A model generated the notes under the pieces. That model ran no database searches. It was not told where the DNA came from and saw nothing but the letters and a program-made list of their open reading frames with translations. Made by a program: the position numbers and the translations under genes. This document shows positions 23,871 through 38,027 of a DNA stretch of 64,000 nucleotides, piece after piece. Source of the DNA: Octopus sinensis (taxonomy: Eukaryota); the NCBI RefSeq assembly GCF_006345805.1, contig NC_043001.1, positions 36,394,001 to 36,458,000 on the forward strand. The letters run 5' to 3'. Position 1 is the first letter of the stretch; every line of letters starts with the position of its first letter.

Positions 23871-25224
23871 AGACGAGAAGATTATATTATAAGAACGAGA
23901 GTCAAACACCAGGATACCACAACTAATGCATATATTGTGTAGATTGAATACTACTACAGGTGGTGTTGGTTCAGCCAAAGATATCTACGTACGTGAAAGG
24001 AATTTCCGGAGACACGCGATGCTGCAGTCTTCCAAGGGCATAACGTGTTGGCTGTATAACATCTGTTTCTCTGTCAGACACGAAATCCGAAACACTGACT
24101 GGGAGAGGATGAGGATTATGATATGGACGCTGAAATAGGTAAATATATACACGTGCACTTATATATGCCAATACAAACAGTCACATATTCGGATATATAA
24201 ACATATATTTATGCATCCATGTGAATATATGAGCATATGCATATATATATGTGTGTGTGTATGTGTGTGTGTGCTCGTGTTTATTTGTATATGTGTTTGT
24301 GTATACGTTTGTGTATGAGTTGTTTCTAGGCACATGTGTGCGACAGTAAGACTCAATTATTCATTTCCAATGTGCCTTGTCATTTATTTACATGCATAAT
24401 ACATACTCACACACACACATACACAGATACATAAACTCATACATACATCATACATGCATACAGATGTACACATACGTATATACGTACTTACATGAATACA
24501 TGCAGTCTTAGATACGCACAGACACGTACGTGGAGACTGGGTAGCAAATCCCGCCGTCTGTATCTTTTCTCGCCAAATCTGATCAGTCATGAATTGTTAA
24601 TAATTTTACCATATCTTACTCGACAGGTCGCCTTATCTTAACCAATAACTTAACAAAACCTCATTAAATTACAAAATGGTGGTGAAGACGTGGACCAGCC
24701 GATGACTAAGATATTAATGAAGGTCACGTTGCTGATAAACGGGACACTGATCACGAATGATACTTACTAGGATGAACAAACAACAAGGAAGCTTTTAACT
24801 TAAAAACTACGTATAAAACCATAAAGAGAGAAGCCAATATCTTTACGAATACTATATCATATTTATGAAAATGTGGATATTGAAATTTCAAGTTTGGAAA
24901 ACTTTGTTCCATGGAGCTAAAACTTCTATTTACTTTTCCTGTATAAATGTAGTGTGGTATATAGCACAGTAAACTCAACTAATCATACATAGCTTGATTC
25001 AGATATTTTTGAAACTTCTGTGCAATGTGTATGCCATGAAAAGAAGTGAGTACAGGCATTCAAAAGACAGACTTTCTTCTTGGGAGAGAAAGACAGACTA
25101 AGGACCTAATTAACAACCGGTTGGAAATTAACACTCACTATCTTATTTAACAACAACAACACCCTGCATGCACGATGGTAACATTCTCATATAACAAAAC
25201 ATTATATAAAATGCGCATATAATA

Positions 25225-25612
25225 GGCGCAGGAGTGGCTGTGTGGTAAGTAGCTTGCTAACCAACCACATGGTTCCGGGTTCAGTCCCACTGCGTGGCAT
25301 CGTGGGCAAGTGTCTTCTGCTATAGCCCCGGGCCGACCAATGCCTTGTGAGTGGATTTGGTAGACGGAAACTGAAAGAACCTGTGTGTCGATATATGTAT
25401 ATATATATATGTATGTGTATGTGTTTGTGTGTCTGTGTTTGTCCCCCTAGCATTGCTTGACAACCGATGCTGGTGTGTTTACGTCCCCGTCACTTAGCGG
25501 TTCGGCAAAAGAGACCGATAGAATAAGTACTGGGTCGATTTGCTCGACTAAAGGCGGTGCTCCAGCATGGCCGCAGTCAAAATGACTGAAACATGTAAAA
25601 AGAGAAAAAGAG
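25225..25612 (+). mobile_element. Full-length SINE family S1
   Basis: Head, core, microsatellite and tail all present. Confidence 0.9.
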
Positions 25613-26169
25613 ATATAATGCTTAACTTGGAAACAGCGCTACGAATATGCCAACACAAACAAGCGCAAGACATGACTATCTTCACGCACTTCTTACGAGG
25701 AATTCCGGAAAGAACTTCCATTACAGGAACGCTTCCGACAGATTTCAGTAACCGTTAGAAGAATAAGAAAACCGACTATAACTGTTACTCCGTTATTTCT
25801 TTGCAATCTCTGAAGAAATTTTATATTTCGAAATATATGAATAATTAAATTATTTCTCACAGTCATTATAGTCCACTCTGCACAGTTGTACCATTCCAGA
25901 CACGTTACATTTCACAAACAATACACCATGCTTCCAACGAAGTGTTTTGTTTGTGGAATTTATAAACGTTTTAAATGTTTATAAATTCCATCCAAGGATT
26001 GTTGTTATTATTATTATTCTTATTATTATTATATTTATCCTACATTATATCAGTACAGCTCAATGCAACCCCCAAAGATTGGTTCACCAGTCAGCATCAA
26101 TAGACTGTGGCCGGTATAATGGAATAGAAGCTTTATTTGCATATTCAAAACGTTTCCCATAAACAAATT

Positions 26170-26221
<52 letters not shown>

Positions 26222-26232
<11 letters not shown>

Positions 26233-26557
26233 ATATTAGGGAATAAATCCAAACTTACAGGGAAAAATCAGATTTAGGATTGAATCCAATTTTATAGTAA
26301 AATATTTATTATATTAAATTAGAGACAAATTTAAATTGTTTAAACCTCGCCAAGATAAATATTTAAACCACCTGATGATGAAGACTGTGACTTGAAAATT
26401 TAAAGAAATTAACAGCCATGAAACGATCGTAGTGATATATTAATTATATTTTTTAATAATTTTGTTATATATTTAAATAATATAAATTAAATAATCTTAT
26501 GTATTGGCTTAAGTTTTTCATTGTATGATTTGCCTAATAGTGGTCTCTAATTTAATA
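26222..26557 (+). mobile_element. AT-rich Penelope-like fragment with hammerhead-like motif (26367-26436)
   Basis: accac CTGATGA ..long stem II.. GAA ACGATCGT A gtgat; inverted motif tattaaattagagac/gtctctaatttaata; segments recur at about 43590-43770 and 58690-58790. Confidence 0.5.
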
Positions 26558-26915
26558 TATATATATATATATATATAATTGTGTGGAGGTGAATGAAATG
26601 CTTTTGGTAGTGTACTGAATAGTATATTGGTACTAATAAACAGGTTAGTTACAAGAATTGTTCCTTAGTTGATATAGAAGCAAAAGTAGAAGAAAGGCAA
26701 ACTGGAAGCAGAAGCATACTCAAGCGCTAGACAATTATTTTTTAACTATTAAAGCGTAAATATTCAGCTTTATTTTACTTTAATCTATCATCATCTTAGA
26801 CATTTTGAAGACACTCATGACTTGTATATAAACAAAGGAACATTGCCTTCGTTTCTCCCGAAAATATATACAATATACAAATATATACACATATGTATAA
26901 GTATACACGTAATTT

Positions 26916-26969
<54 letters not shown>

Positions 26970-27029
26970 TATTTACATACATAAGTTCATATGTGTATAC
27001 ATATTTAAAGATTTTTGAGATATCTCACA

Positions 27030-27570
27030 AGAGAAAGATATCGCAATAACCGTTGCGTGAAGAGACCAGATTATAGATCTTTTGGGAAATGTTTAAAATC
27101 TTGTCAGTTCACGAAATACGAATTTATCTAAATACGGGCAAAACGCCCCCGACAAATGGACGGTGCTGAGTTGTCAAACATTTAAATCAAATGTTCTCAA
27201 AACAGTTTGTTCGACCATCTCATAGGCTGATTTAACCAAAATTTGAGACACCAGCAAAAGAAGAAATGAAGATAGCCTTTATTCTATTAAAAAAAAACGA
27301 TTTTATTCACACAGATATGCAACCGAAGAGTTTAACGTACCAGTAGGTACATGCAACAGCTGATGTACTTGCGCGTACAAATGCACGTTCCCACGGCTTT
27401 ATCGATCGCATTCTCACCTGGAATCGATTTAGTAATTTTTTTCAAGACTTATACACGCCCTGATACTGTCGGTATCTACACATCAAATTTGAGCGTAATC
27501 GGATGGAGGATGCCCGACATCCTAGAAGACACACACACAGACAGACAGAACGGATTTTATATGTAAACAT
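27030..27570. mobile_element. Helitron/Helentron-like non-autonomous element (tentative)
   Basis: Ends in caaatttgagcgtaatcggatg...(CA)/(CAGA)n..ttttatatgt, resembling rolling-circle MITE ends. Confidence 0.35.
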
Positions 27571-28076
27571 AAAAACTATATCTAGTGATGAGTTTTTATT
27601 TTTTATTTATATTTTACCATTTACTGAGGGTGACCGCAACTCATTATTCTCGGCTGTCGCGTTTTCGTATACCGCACCTTTTGGACATCGTGTTTAACGT
27701 CATCATTTATTTGTGAACATGAACATTGTTACTTCAACCGATCTGTTCAGGCTAAGCTTTTCACGAACGAGTTCTTTTCGTTTGGGATGAGTAATTTTGG
27801 AAGAGATGCAATGATGCGTAGAAGATGTCCTTTGGCAGGAGATAGTGATTTGTTCAATGAATTATAGGTAGTTCTCCTTCACTGGAGCTTTAAAGGGTAT
27901 CGATTTCGCAGGTCACGGAGAACTGAGTGTGAATTTCTTTCCACAGGAAAACAATTAAAAATTAAAATAGAATGAAAATATTTGGCGAGAGATGGGCACA
28001 AACAAAATGACGAATCCAAACAGATTTTGTTCAGTGGTAGTAATAGTAGTAGTATTACTACTACTACTACTACTAC

Positions 28077-28275
28077 CGGCGAGCTGGCAGAAACGTTAGC
28101 ACGCCGGGCGAAATGCGTAGCCGTATTTCATCTGCCGTTACGTTCTGAGTTCAAATTCCGCCGAGGTCGACTTTGCCTTTCATCCTATCCCAGTTACGCA
28201 CTGGGATCGATGTAATCGACTTAACCCCTTTGTTTGCCCCCTCTATGTTTAGCCCATTGTGGGCAATAAAGGAAT
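28077..28275 (+). mobile_element. tRNA-derived SINE family S4
   Basis: ggcgagctggcagaaacgttagcacgccgggcgaaatgc..gaggtcgactttgcctttcatcc. Confidence 0.85.
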
Positions 28276-28345
28276 ATGTAGTAGTAGTAGTAGTAGTAGT
28301 AGTAGTTGAAGCAGTAGTTGAAGCAGTAGTTGTAGTAGAAGCAGT

Positions 28346-28376
<31 letters not shown>

Positions 28377-28377
28377 C

Positions 28378-28412
<35 letters not shown>

Positions 28413-29484
28413 CAGAAAAGAATAAGTCCTGGGGTCGATTTGCTCGACTAAAGGTGGTGCTCCAGCATGGCCGCAGTCAAATGACTGAAACAAGTAAAAG
28501 AGTAAAAGAGAGAATAATACTAATAACGAGTTATTGATATACAGCTATTCCAGTGGCTCTCAACCATTTTTTGTCTTGTAGATCCCCTTAATTCCTGTTT
28601 TACTCGGGTGGGCCCTCATAACCATTTGGTATTTCAAGAATCCTGTTATATTTTTAAAATTAAAGATTATTAAGAATTGTATAAAAAATGTTAAAATATT
28701 TCGTGCATTGTTGAGCTATAACCAATTTATTTTACATAAATTTTAACATCTTATATGGACACCTAAAAGGTCATGTGGATACTGGTTGACAACCACTGAT
28801 CCATTCATTAAAACTTGACGTCTTCTGTTGTTTGGGATACCCGAACTTTGGTATCTAAAGCGGATCGGTGACTTCTCATCCGTGACTTGACATATGGTAA
28901 CGAGGTTTCCTGAAGTTTGTTTCGTTAACAAATTGATAGTTATAAAGTATGATTTGTGTTCAATTGTTAAACTTGCTCCTTTAAAATCCACAAATAATAT
29001 TCTTCAACGTAAAGCCGTTCCCTACAAAACATATTGTAATTGTTTTCATTTTTTATCTCTTTTTTGCAGTTTTCTACAATGCTTCCACAACGGGAAAAAT
29101 TTTTTTCAATTAAATGCCATTTTGACACAGTCATATAAATCATTTAAATAAATTTAAAATTCTATTATTTCATCTAACTATACAGCTTTTCTTCGTGTCT
29201 CCCAAACAATTTGATTTCATCAATAGTCCATTAGGAAGGATACCAAAATATCTAATTATTCAACATTATTAGGTATCTTATTATCAGAAAGTAAATTTTC
29301 CTTTATAAAAATATCAAATATATTATAAACATATTGTTTTCTTGTCTGAATATTATCAATTATTAACTATCAAGTTTTTTTTCCTACCAAGCCTTTAGTC
29401 ATAACGGTTTGTAAAATTTTATAGAATTCAAAAGCAATATATTGTGTTAATTCATTGATTTTATTTGCGTGCATTTTCTTTTAT

Positions 29485-29632
29485 TCTTTTATTTGTTTCA
29501 GTCATTTGACTGCGGCCGTTGCGGGGACGTAAACACACCAGCATCGGTTGTCAAGCGATGTTGGGGGGACAAACACAAGCACACAAATATATACATACAT
29601 ACATACATAAACTTACATACATACATATATAT

Positions 29633-29674
<42 letters not shown>

Positions 29675-29745
29675 GGCTTCTTTCAGTTTCCGTCTACGAA
29701 ATCCATTCACAAGGCTTTGGTCGGCGCGAGGCTATAGTGGCACCC
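29485..29745 (-). mobile_element. SINE family S1, internally deleted
   Basis: Tail and partial core in reverse complement. Confidence 0.8.
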
Positions 29746-29794
29746 AATTTTAAGAAAGTCGCATTTTCGTTATGCTTTTTCATATATATAGCGT

Positions 29795-29891
<97 letters not shown>

Positions 29892-29902
29892 TATATATAA
29901 TA

Positions 29903-29957
<55 letters not shown>

Positions 29958-29962
29958 ATATA

Positions 29963-30372
29963 GGCGCAGGAGTGGCTGTGTGGTAAGTAGCTTGCTAACC
30001 AACCACATGGTTCCGGGTTCAGTCCCACTGCGTGGCATCTTGGGCAAGTGTCTTCTGCTATAGTCCCGGGCCGACCAATGCCTTGTGAGTGGATTTGGTA
30101 GAGGGAAACTGAAAGAAGCCTGTCGTATATATGTATATATGTATGTATGTGTGTGTATGTGTTTGTGTGTCTGTGTTTGTCCCCCTAGCATTGCTTGACA
30201 ACCGGTGCTGATGTTTATACGTCCCCGTCACTTAGCGGTTCGGCATAAGAGACCGATAGAATAAGTACTGGGCTTACAAAGAATAAGTCCCTGGGTCGTT
30301 TTGCTCGATTAAAGGCGGTACTCCAGCATGGCCGCAGTCAAATGACTGAAACAAGTAAAAGAGTAAAAGAGA
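29963..30372 (+). mobile_element. Full-length SINE family S1
   Basis: Head, core, microsatellite and tail all present. Confidence 0.9.
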
Positions 30373-30892
30373 GTATATATATATATATATACATACAGGC
30401 ATGCGTACAAGCCATAAACAAGCAGGCATGTACGTACGTACATACATAACTGCATGCGTAGTCATAATACTATACAACAGAACACATCTATCTATATTTT
30501 TTTAGCCACCATTCTGTGCTATGACGGTTGTAAACAATTCGACTATACAATGTGTGCGAAGTATACGTACATTTCGACTGTATGTACATTACGACTCTTT
30601 TTGGAAATTTCTTCAATCCAGACAAAAATTGAAACAAAATAAAGTAAGATTAGAACCAGCTGAAAAGGAGTCGAAATTATATACACTTGTTTCTCCTTTT
30701 TTATGTCCGCACATAAATTGCACAACCAGATATTTTACAACAGTACAAACAAGCGCTGGTTAAACGGCTTATAGATGTGTTCTGTAGCATATTTAAAGCA
30801 ACGAAACACTGCTAACACATTATTAATTTAATATATATGCATACATACATGCGTAGGTATGTGTGCATACATAAATACATCTGTACGTACAT

Positions 30893-31128
30893 ACCTATTT
30901 CTTTACTACCCACAAGGGGCTAAACACAGAGAGGACAAACAAGGACAAACAAACGGATTAAATCGATTATATCGACCCCAGTGCGTAACAGGTACTTATT
31001 TAATCGACCCCGAAAGGATGAAAGGCAAAGTCGACCTCGGCGGAATTTGAACTCCGAACGTAACGGCAGACGAAATATCGCTGAGCATTTCGCCCGGCGT
31101 GCTAACGATTCTGCCAGCTCGCCGCCTT
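30893..31128 (-). mobile_element. Full-length SINE family S4
   Basis: Reverse complement of the 45534-45759 unit. Confidence 0.9.
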
Positions 31129-31991
31129 CTGTACGTACATACCTGTCTACCTACTCATCTACTTACCGACCGACCTACACACCTACATACATACATACAT
31201 ACATACATACATACATACATACATACATACATACATACATACATGCATACATACATATATACATTACGTACGTATGTACGTACGTACGTAACGTACGTAC
31301 ATATACGAAGGCACATCGTGGAAGAAAAGTTAAGAAAAAAAGAACGGGTAAAAGTAAAGTAATGCAACTTGTTAATTCTTTGAACTCAGCAAGTATCTAG
31401 ATATTTCGACATTTTCCTTCCTCCACAAGTAAAAATTATACTTTAAAATAAACTCCAAATATGTACTGCTTTTAATTTCCTATAGATTATAATTTCTTAA
31501 TTGGTTTTCCTGTACAAGTTTCCTGAATTACGATGAAGTTGACCCAGTTATGTTCTTCACTGTTGCAAAGATGTATCAAATGACTATATTTTATGGTTGT
31601 CTGTGTTTGACTCCTGCGTAGCACTGATCGAGCGGCAATGCACAAAACTTTCCATCTGTAACAATCCTATCTTCTGTTGAGGCATAAACTATTTAAGATT
31701 ACAGTTACCCAGATTTCTCAAGTTTTCAGTTTCTTCTACGTTTGAGTGGGATTTAAGGGAGATTTAGTCATAATTTTTCGAGCGACTAAGCTTGAAGTCC
31801 CTCCATTGGTTCGATATTGTTCACTTGTAACTCAGCTAATTTAATGAAAGCCGACATTTTGATCCTGCTTTCAAATTTGTTCCTTTACGCAAAGAAAATC
31901 CTTTCTCAGAACTTGTAGCTTAGCTTTCGGCAACACTCATCTAGTGGACAAATACTAACTTCATATTCTATTCGAACATAAGGGAACTAGT

Positions 31992-32431
31992 GGATCTTTT
32001 CGGTTTGAACGGCAGTTTTTAACATAATTTCTAGGTAACTAAAAATTTTAAACTTCGTATACTGGTAGAATGTGTTTATAAAACATCTTTTTCTCTTGGC
32101 TTTATTGAAAAAATTCTATAGTTTGTAAGATATTTTTTTTTTTTTTTTACTTCAATTTCTGCAATTTCAACCAATCACTGACCTCTATTGAGGTAAAAAA
32201 AAAAACCTTCTGTGCCGTATGAATATGTCCCTCGTTTAAGAAACAGATTGGGTTTATTTACATTTCTGAAGAAAAAAAGATACCCTTCCCCTCACCCCTA
32301 ACCCTAACCCTAACTAACCCCAACCCTTAAACAGATTGAAATGCAATAGATCGATACTAGGGTCATAATTATGGGTGACAATTTCATATGACACCGCTAG
32401 AAAAAAACTGCCGTTCAAACCGAAAAGATCC
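31992..32431. mobile_element. MITE with about 29-bp TIRs, 8-bp TSD and internal (CCCTAA)n
   Basis: TIR GGATCTTTTCGGTTTGAACGGCAGTTTTT; perfect TSD gaactagt at 31984-31991 and 32432-32439. Confidence 0.92.
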
Positions 32432-33361
32432 GAACTAGTTCTATATTAAGCAGTGTATCGTTCTTCTGTTATTTACTAGCTGATCGAATGGCTGCGTAAG
32501 GCTCAGTTGTAGGTTCGTAGTGGTGTTTAGTGCTTAGAGCAGCTCGGCTCGAGAGGATCAATGATGAAAAGCATTAAAATATCATATCTTTTAGTGAGAC
32601 ATAACGGTTTGTATTATTGAAAGGACTCTTCTTTTTCAAAGAAAGCATGGTGTAATTTCATGGATATTTAGCTACCGCTTATTGCAGGCCAAAGAGCAAG
32701 CCCTAGGACAAAAAACCCCCACCCTTTTTAAAAACTTTTTTTTCGACACAAACCCCCTTTTCGGCTACGGGGAATACGAACCTGCAAAAAAAAAAAATAG
32801 GCAAAAATCGACGTTTCTAAATCACTACGAAACGCATAAATATAAAAAAAAATAATAACCAGCATCGTGTAATAATGTTTTTACAAAGACACAGGCACAC
32901 ATTTATTTTAACCACAGTACTTCATTCTATCGATCTTCGTAGGATCACTGGCAAATACAATCGATAGGTGAAAATGACCGTGACGATACGTAACGAAATA
33001 TATCACTACCGAGTTCATCAACCGACCGCTCTATGTAGTACATATGTTTAAGTATGCTTGAGAGCCTGTTATAGATATTTATGATCGTTGCCAAGGAGAG
33101 TTTAAGAAGTTTTCTTCAAATAATGAAGTCACGGTTTCGATACCACTTTATTATAACAGATATTAGTATTTCGTAGTATAAAGACACTGGACAATATACA
33201 AGTAGTTTTCTAAAATATGATCAATAAATATTGTAGAGAGGACGCCAGATGGACAATACCTATAATATAAATTGCCAGTCTTGTCACGAATTTTGGTGAA
33301 CATATTAACACATAGATTAAGCTAAAGCAGCGATTTCATACAATTAAAAAAACAAATAATA

Positions 33362-33602
33362 AAAGCACCCTTTTAAAGCCTAGCCAGGCTCATGGGCTCG
33401 GTTTCAATGGCGTATGTGTTCCCCAGGTGTGCGGAACGCCAGTCCATCGCAGCGTTACTCATTTTTGCCAGCTGAGTGGACAGGAGAAACGCGAAATGAT
33501 GTGTTTTGCCCAAGAACACAACGCGTCGCCCAGTTCAGGACTCGAAACCACAATCTTTCGATCATGATTCTGACACCCTAACCACTAAGCCACGCGCCTT
33601 CA
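33362..33602 (-). mobile_element. SINE family S2
   Basis: Matches 4584-4842. Confidence 0.85.
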
Positions 33603-33744
33603 CGTTTCATAAAATAGTAATACAAATTATGTATTATACTAACGAAATAGGTGCGTTGTTTCCAACATATGATACACTATATCTATTAATGTTGTTTTGA
33701 TTTGCATAATATGTATTTTTCAAATGGTATTGGCCAGTGGCTTA

Positions 33745-34035
33745 TTGGTAAGGCATATTCAAGTTATGAGCTCTATTCTGGGCGACACGATGTGTCCTTG
33801 AGCAAGACATTTCATTTCACCTTGCTTCAGATCACGCAGCTGGCAAAAACGAGTTTTACATGTAATTCAGAAGGCCAGCATTGTCGCATTCTGTGTCACG
33901 CTGAATCTCACTGGGAACTATGTTCAGAGTACGCATGTCTGCAGAATACTCAGCCACTTGATCTTTAAATTTACTGGTAGGCTGTTCCGTTTGTTTGGAT
34001 GAACTGGAACCCTCGCCGTCATAAGCGATGGAGAT
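33745..34035 (+). mobile_element. Old SINE with S2-type core and S3-type tail
   Basis: gtgtccttgagcaagacatttcatttcacc core; tail ..ggaaccctcgccgtcataagcgatggag. Confidence 0.65.
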
Positions 34036-34622
34036 CTAATTTATTCTATTTTTCATATAGAGAAAACTATTTCGGTTAATATCTGCGTATAAATGTCAAC
34101 GCCTTATTATAATAACTTTGCGGCAGGTTACCCCCGTTATGTCAGACAATGAGAAAGGCATAAACCGAACTCTGAATTTTCTGCAAAAATTTCGAGATTG
34201 AATCACATCCAAGGTCATATTGAATGCAACAATTTTTGCTAAGTAATCTATCGCACCAGACTATGCAGAGAAACCGCAGAGAAACGGAATCTTGAAAGTC
34301 ATTGACAATCTTCTTTTTTTTTCTTTTTATAAAAATTATATAAGGCCTCTCTGTGTGTGAAATATATAGATGTATTTTCATTTGAATCATTAAAACGACA
34401 TAGAGAATACTAAATTGAAACTGATAGCTAAATTTTTTTTTTTTTTTTTTGAAAATGGAAAAAGAAAAAAAAGAAATATTCTGCAGCGGCCAGTCTTAAT
34501 ATCCAACACGGGAAAGTTTTCACCGACGTTGGATAAGAGGATAAGAGACAGTTCCAGTTAATTTGATAGACATTTAGTTAAACTGACGTAATATTTATTA
34601 AAAGCTTTTAAATAACATATTC

Positions 34623-34653
<31 letters not shown>

Positions 34654-35745
34654 AACATATATATATTATATATATATCATATAATATAATAATATATATA
34701 TATATGTATGTATATATATATCTATACATATATATATACATATATATATATGCATATATATATGTATATATATATATATATATATGCTATATATTACATA
34801 TAAATTTGCTTATATGTGTGTGTGTATATGTATTTATATATATATATAGTGTGTGTATGTATGTATTTATATATGTGTGTTTGTGTGTGTATGTGTGCGT
34901 GTATTCCTCTACTTGCTTATAAATAGGTATATCCGAAAAGAGCGTGGGGCGTATGACGTTAGTATATATATATATGTGTGTATATCGCACGCGTGTGTGT
35001 GTTTACAGATGTTTGTGTGTGATTTTGTATGAGCATTCGGGCATCCTTAATTGATATTAGTTACTGATATTAGCAAATTAAGAAGCCATTGACTGTTGTC
35101 ACAATTAATGGCTTGGCTAAGAGTTTGTGTCAGCTTATATTTCACATAACTTCTAATAACAAGAAAATCATAAAAGTGTATATATCATTATTATCAAGAT
35201 TACGTTTATTATTATCATTAATACCATTAATATACTTTCTCATACATTTTATCATTAGCTCCAACGTAAGCCCCACCATTATGAAGTACCCATAAAAACC
35301 AAGTCAAGTAGATCTATTTCTCTTAGTTCTTATGTTGTTGTTGTTGTTTTTTTTTTGTTCAAAACCACTAAAGACTTTCAGAATGGATAAGTAATATCAT
35401 TTAAAAATCATTTCCTGCTTATTAAAATACTCCCCCTCCGTCATTTTTTCTTAAACATCTGCTATTTATGTCATTGTAAATCAATGTTCGGTTACATATG
35501 TTGTTAAATATACATACGTCCTTATAACGTTTATATGTATATGTTATATATATATATATATATAATATATATATATATATATGTGTGTGGTGTTGTGTTT
35601 GTGTGTGTGTGTGTGTGTGTTGTATGTGCGTGTGTGTGCGTGTGTGTGGGGGTTGTTGTGTGTACGTGTGTGTGTGTAACAGAGAATTAAGGGATGTTAG
35701 AGTAGAGTGAAACACTAGATCCTAATGTAGGTACATACGTGTGTA

Positions 35746-35778
<33 letters not shown>

Positions 35779-36129
35779 ATGAAAGGGAATGCGAGAGAGA
35801 GAGACAGACAGATAGAGAGACAGAGACAGAGACAGAAAGACAGAGAGAGTCAGTCTCGAAATTTCAGATACAGCAGGGTGGATCTTGTCCGGATTTCCAG
35901 TCTAGGCCGAGAAAACACCCATCCTCACCCAAACATGTGGCTATGCCGTCTCATGATCTACCCCCGTGTTCCACAACTTATTATTTTCGTCAATCCTGTT
36001 TTAAGTTAAATCTGCACATGGTGTTATTCCTGTTGGACACCCTCTCACCCTTGATCCAGCAAACCTATAATAAAAGCCGTTCCTACCATGACTACACCGA
36101 TTTTCCAACAGAATCTACGACTATATTAA

Positions 36130-36342
36130 GGCGGCAAGCTGCCAAAAACATTAGCACGCCGGGCGAAATGCTTAGCGGTATTTCGTCTGCATTTACGCCG
36201 AGGTCGACTTTGCCTTTCATCCTTTCGGGGTCGATAAATTAAATACCAGTTACGCTCTGGGGTCGATGTAATCTACTTAATCTGTTTGTCTGTCCTTGTT
36301 TGTCCCCTCTATGTTTAGCTCCTTGTCGGCAATAAAGAAATA
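36130..36342 (+). mobile_element. SINE family S4 with 19-bp TSD
   Basis: TSD agaatctacgactatatta at 36110-36128 and 36343-36361. Confidence 0.92.
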
Positions 36343-36732
36343 AGAATCTACGACTATATTATCTGTTGTATTCTTCTGTGTTCTTCTTTTATCAACATAG
36401 TGTAGTTGTCTGCTATTTCTTGCAGATTTGGAGGTTTGTTCGAATTGTTGTTATTGGATTAAGTTATCATGAGATGGAATTATACGGATTTCATATCGTT
36501 TAAGACACTCTTGAGGTTTCGAAATAGTGATGGTCTACTTGCAGAATATAATATCATTAAATATTTTTAACCGCATGCAATTTTAACTGAAAAAATAAGT
36601 ATATTTCTATACACTTGTATTATATACTGCATGGGGAAATAAATAATTAATATCACATTACATTAAGTTGTACTCTTTAAATGGTACCACTGTATTAATG
36701 AACTGATATACTCTTGTTCCACTTTCTAGCTA

Positions 36733-37545
36733 GCACACACATACACACATATGCACAAACACATACACACAAATACACATACACATGCACACACACATAT
36801 ATGCACAAACACATACACACAAGTACACATACACATGCATACACACACATATATGCACAAACACATACACACAAATACACATACACATGCACACACATAC
36901 ACATATATGCACAAACACATACACACAAATACACATACACATGCACACACATACACATATATGCACAAACACATACACACAAATACACATACACATGCAC
37001 ACACAACACATATATGCACAAACACATACACACAAATACACATACACATGCACACACATATATGCACAAACACATACACACATACACATACACATTGCCA
37101 CAAACACATATGCACAAACACATACACACAACAATACACATGCACCTGCACACACACACATATATGCACAAACACACACAAAACACATACACATGCACAC
37201 ATTATGCACAACACACAAATACACATACGCATGCACACACACATATATGCACAAACACATACACACAAATACACATACACACAAATACACATACACACAC
37301 ACACATATATGCACAAACACATACACACAAATACACATACACATGCACACACACACATATGCACAAACACATACACACAAATACACATACACACAAATAC
37401 ACATACACACAAATACACATACACATGCGCACACACACACATATATGCACAAATACACATACACATCCACACACACATATGTGCACAAACACATACACAC
37501 AAATACACATACACATGCACACACATACACACACACGTACATGGA
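36733..37545. repeat. CA-rich minisatellite (unit about 36-50 bp)
   Basis: Repeated acacacatatatgcacaaacacatacacacaaatacacatacacatgc; source of the 270-300 aa His/Thr and Cys/Val ORFs. Confidence 0.9.
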
Positions 37546-37983
37546 GAAAGAGAGAGAGAGAAAAAGAAACGTAAATAAAGAGAGGTGCGTGCACTCGCAC
37601 AATTGCACGCACAGAGCGAAGTTCAAGCGTTTGTAAAAGTACGTACAGAAGAGCACAAAGAGCGGGGTTATACATAGTGGTCGTGCGAGTAATTATGTTC
37701 TATAATCGCATCGAGTGTTTGATGCATTATATCTGTGAGTGTTTATGCGGTTTATAGTTAACTAAATATAAATGGATATGCTTTTTGTGGCTTTGGTACT
37801 GAGTGAAAGAAAATATATACAACTCTGAATACATAAAATTATGTGCCAAACTGGAGAATGTACTGGGTTACTGCACGCGGCTTAAAAGCTTAAAGAGGAT
37901 GTACCATTTTGGCTGCAATCTGATGACTGAAATTTCTAAAATAGAAGAATACATATGCGTGTAAAAATAGCGTGTAAACAGTC

Positions 37984-38027
37984 TTGACCAACTATTTCGC
38001 AGTTTGTTGACCGCTCGTCAGAGTTAA
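37984..38027 (-). ncRNA. Degenerate hammerhead ribozyme motif, canonical core
   Basis: ttaact CTGACGA GCG gtcaacaaac TGC GAAA TAG TT ggtcaa. Confidence 0.45.

Noticed and set aside
36695-37675. Overlapping 150-308 aa ORFs on both strands
   Set aside because: CA-rich minisatellite lacking stop codons.
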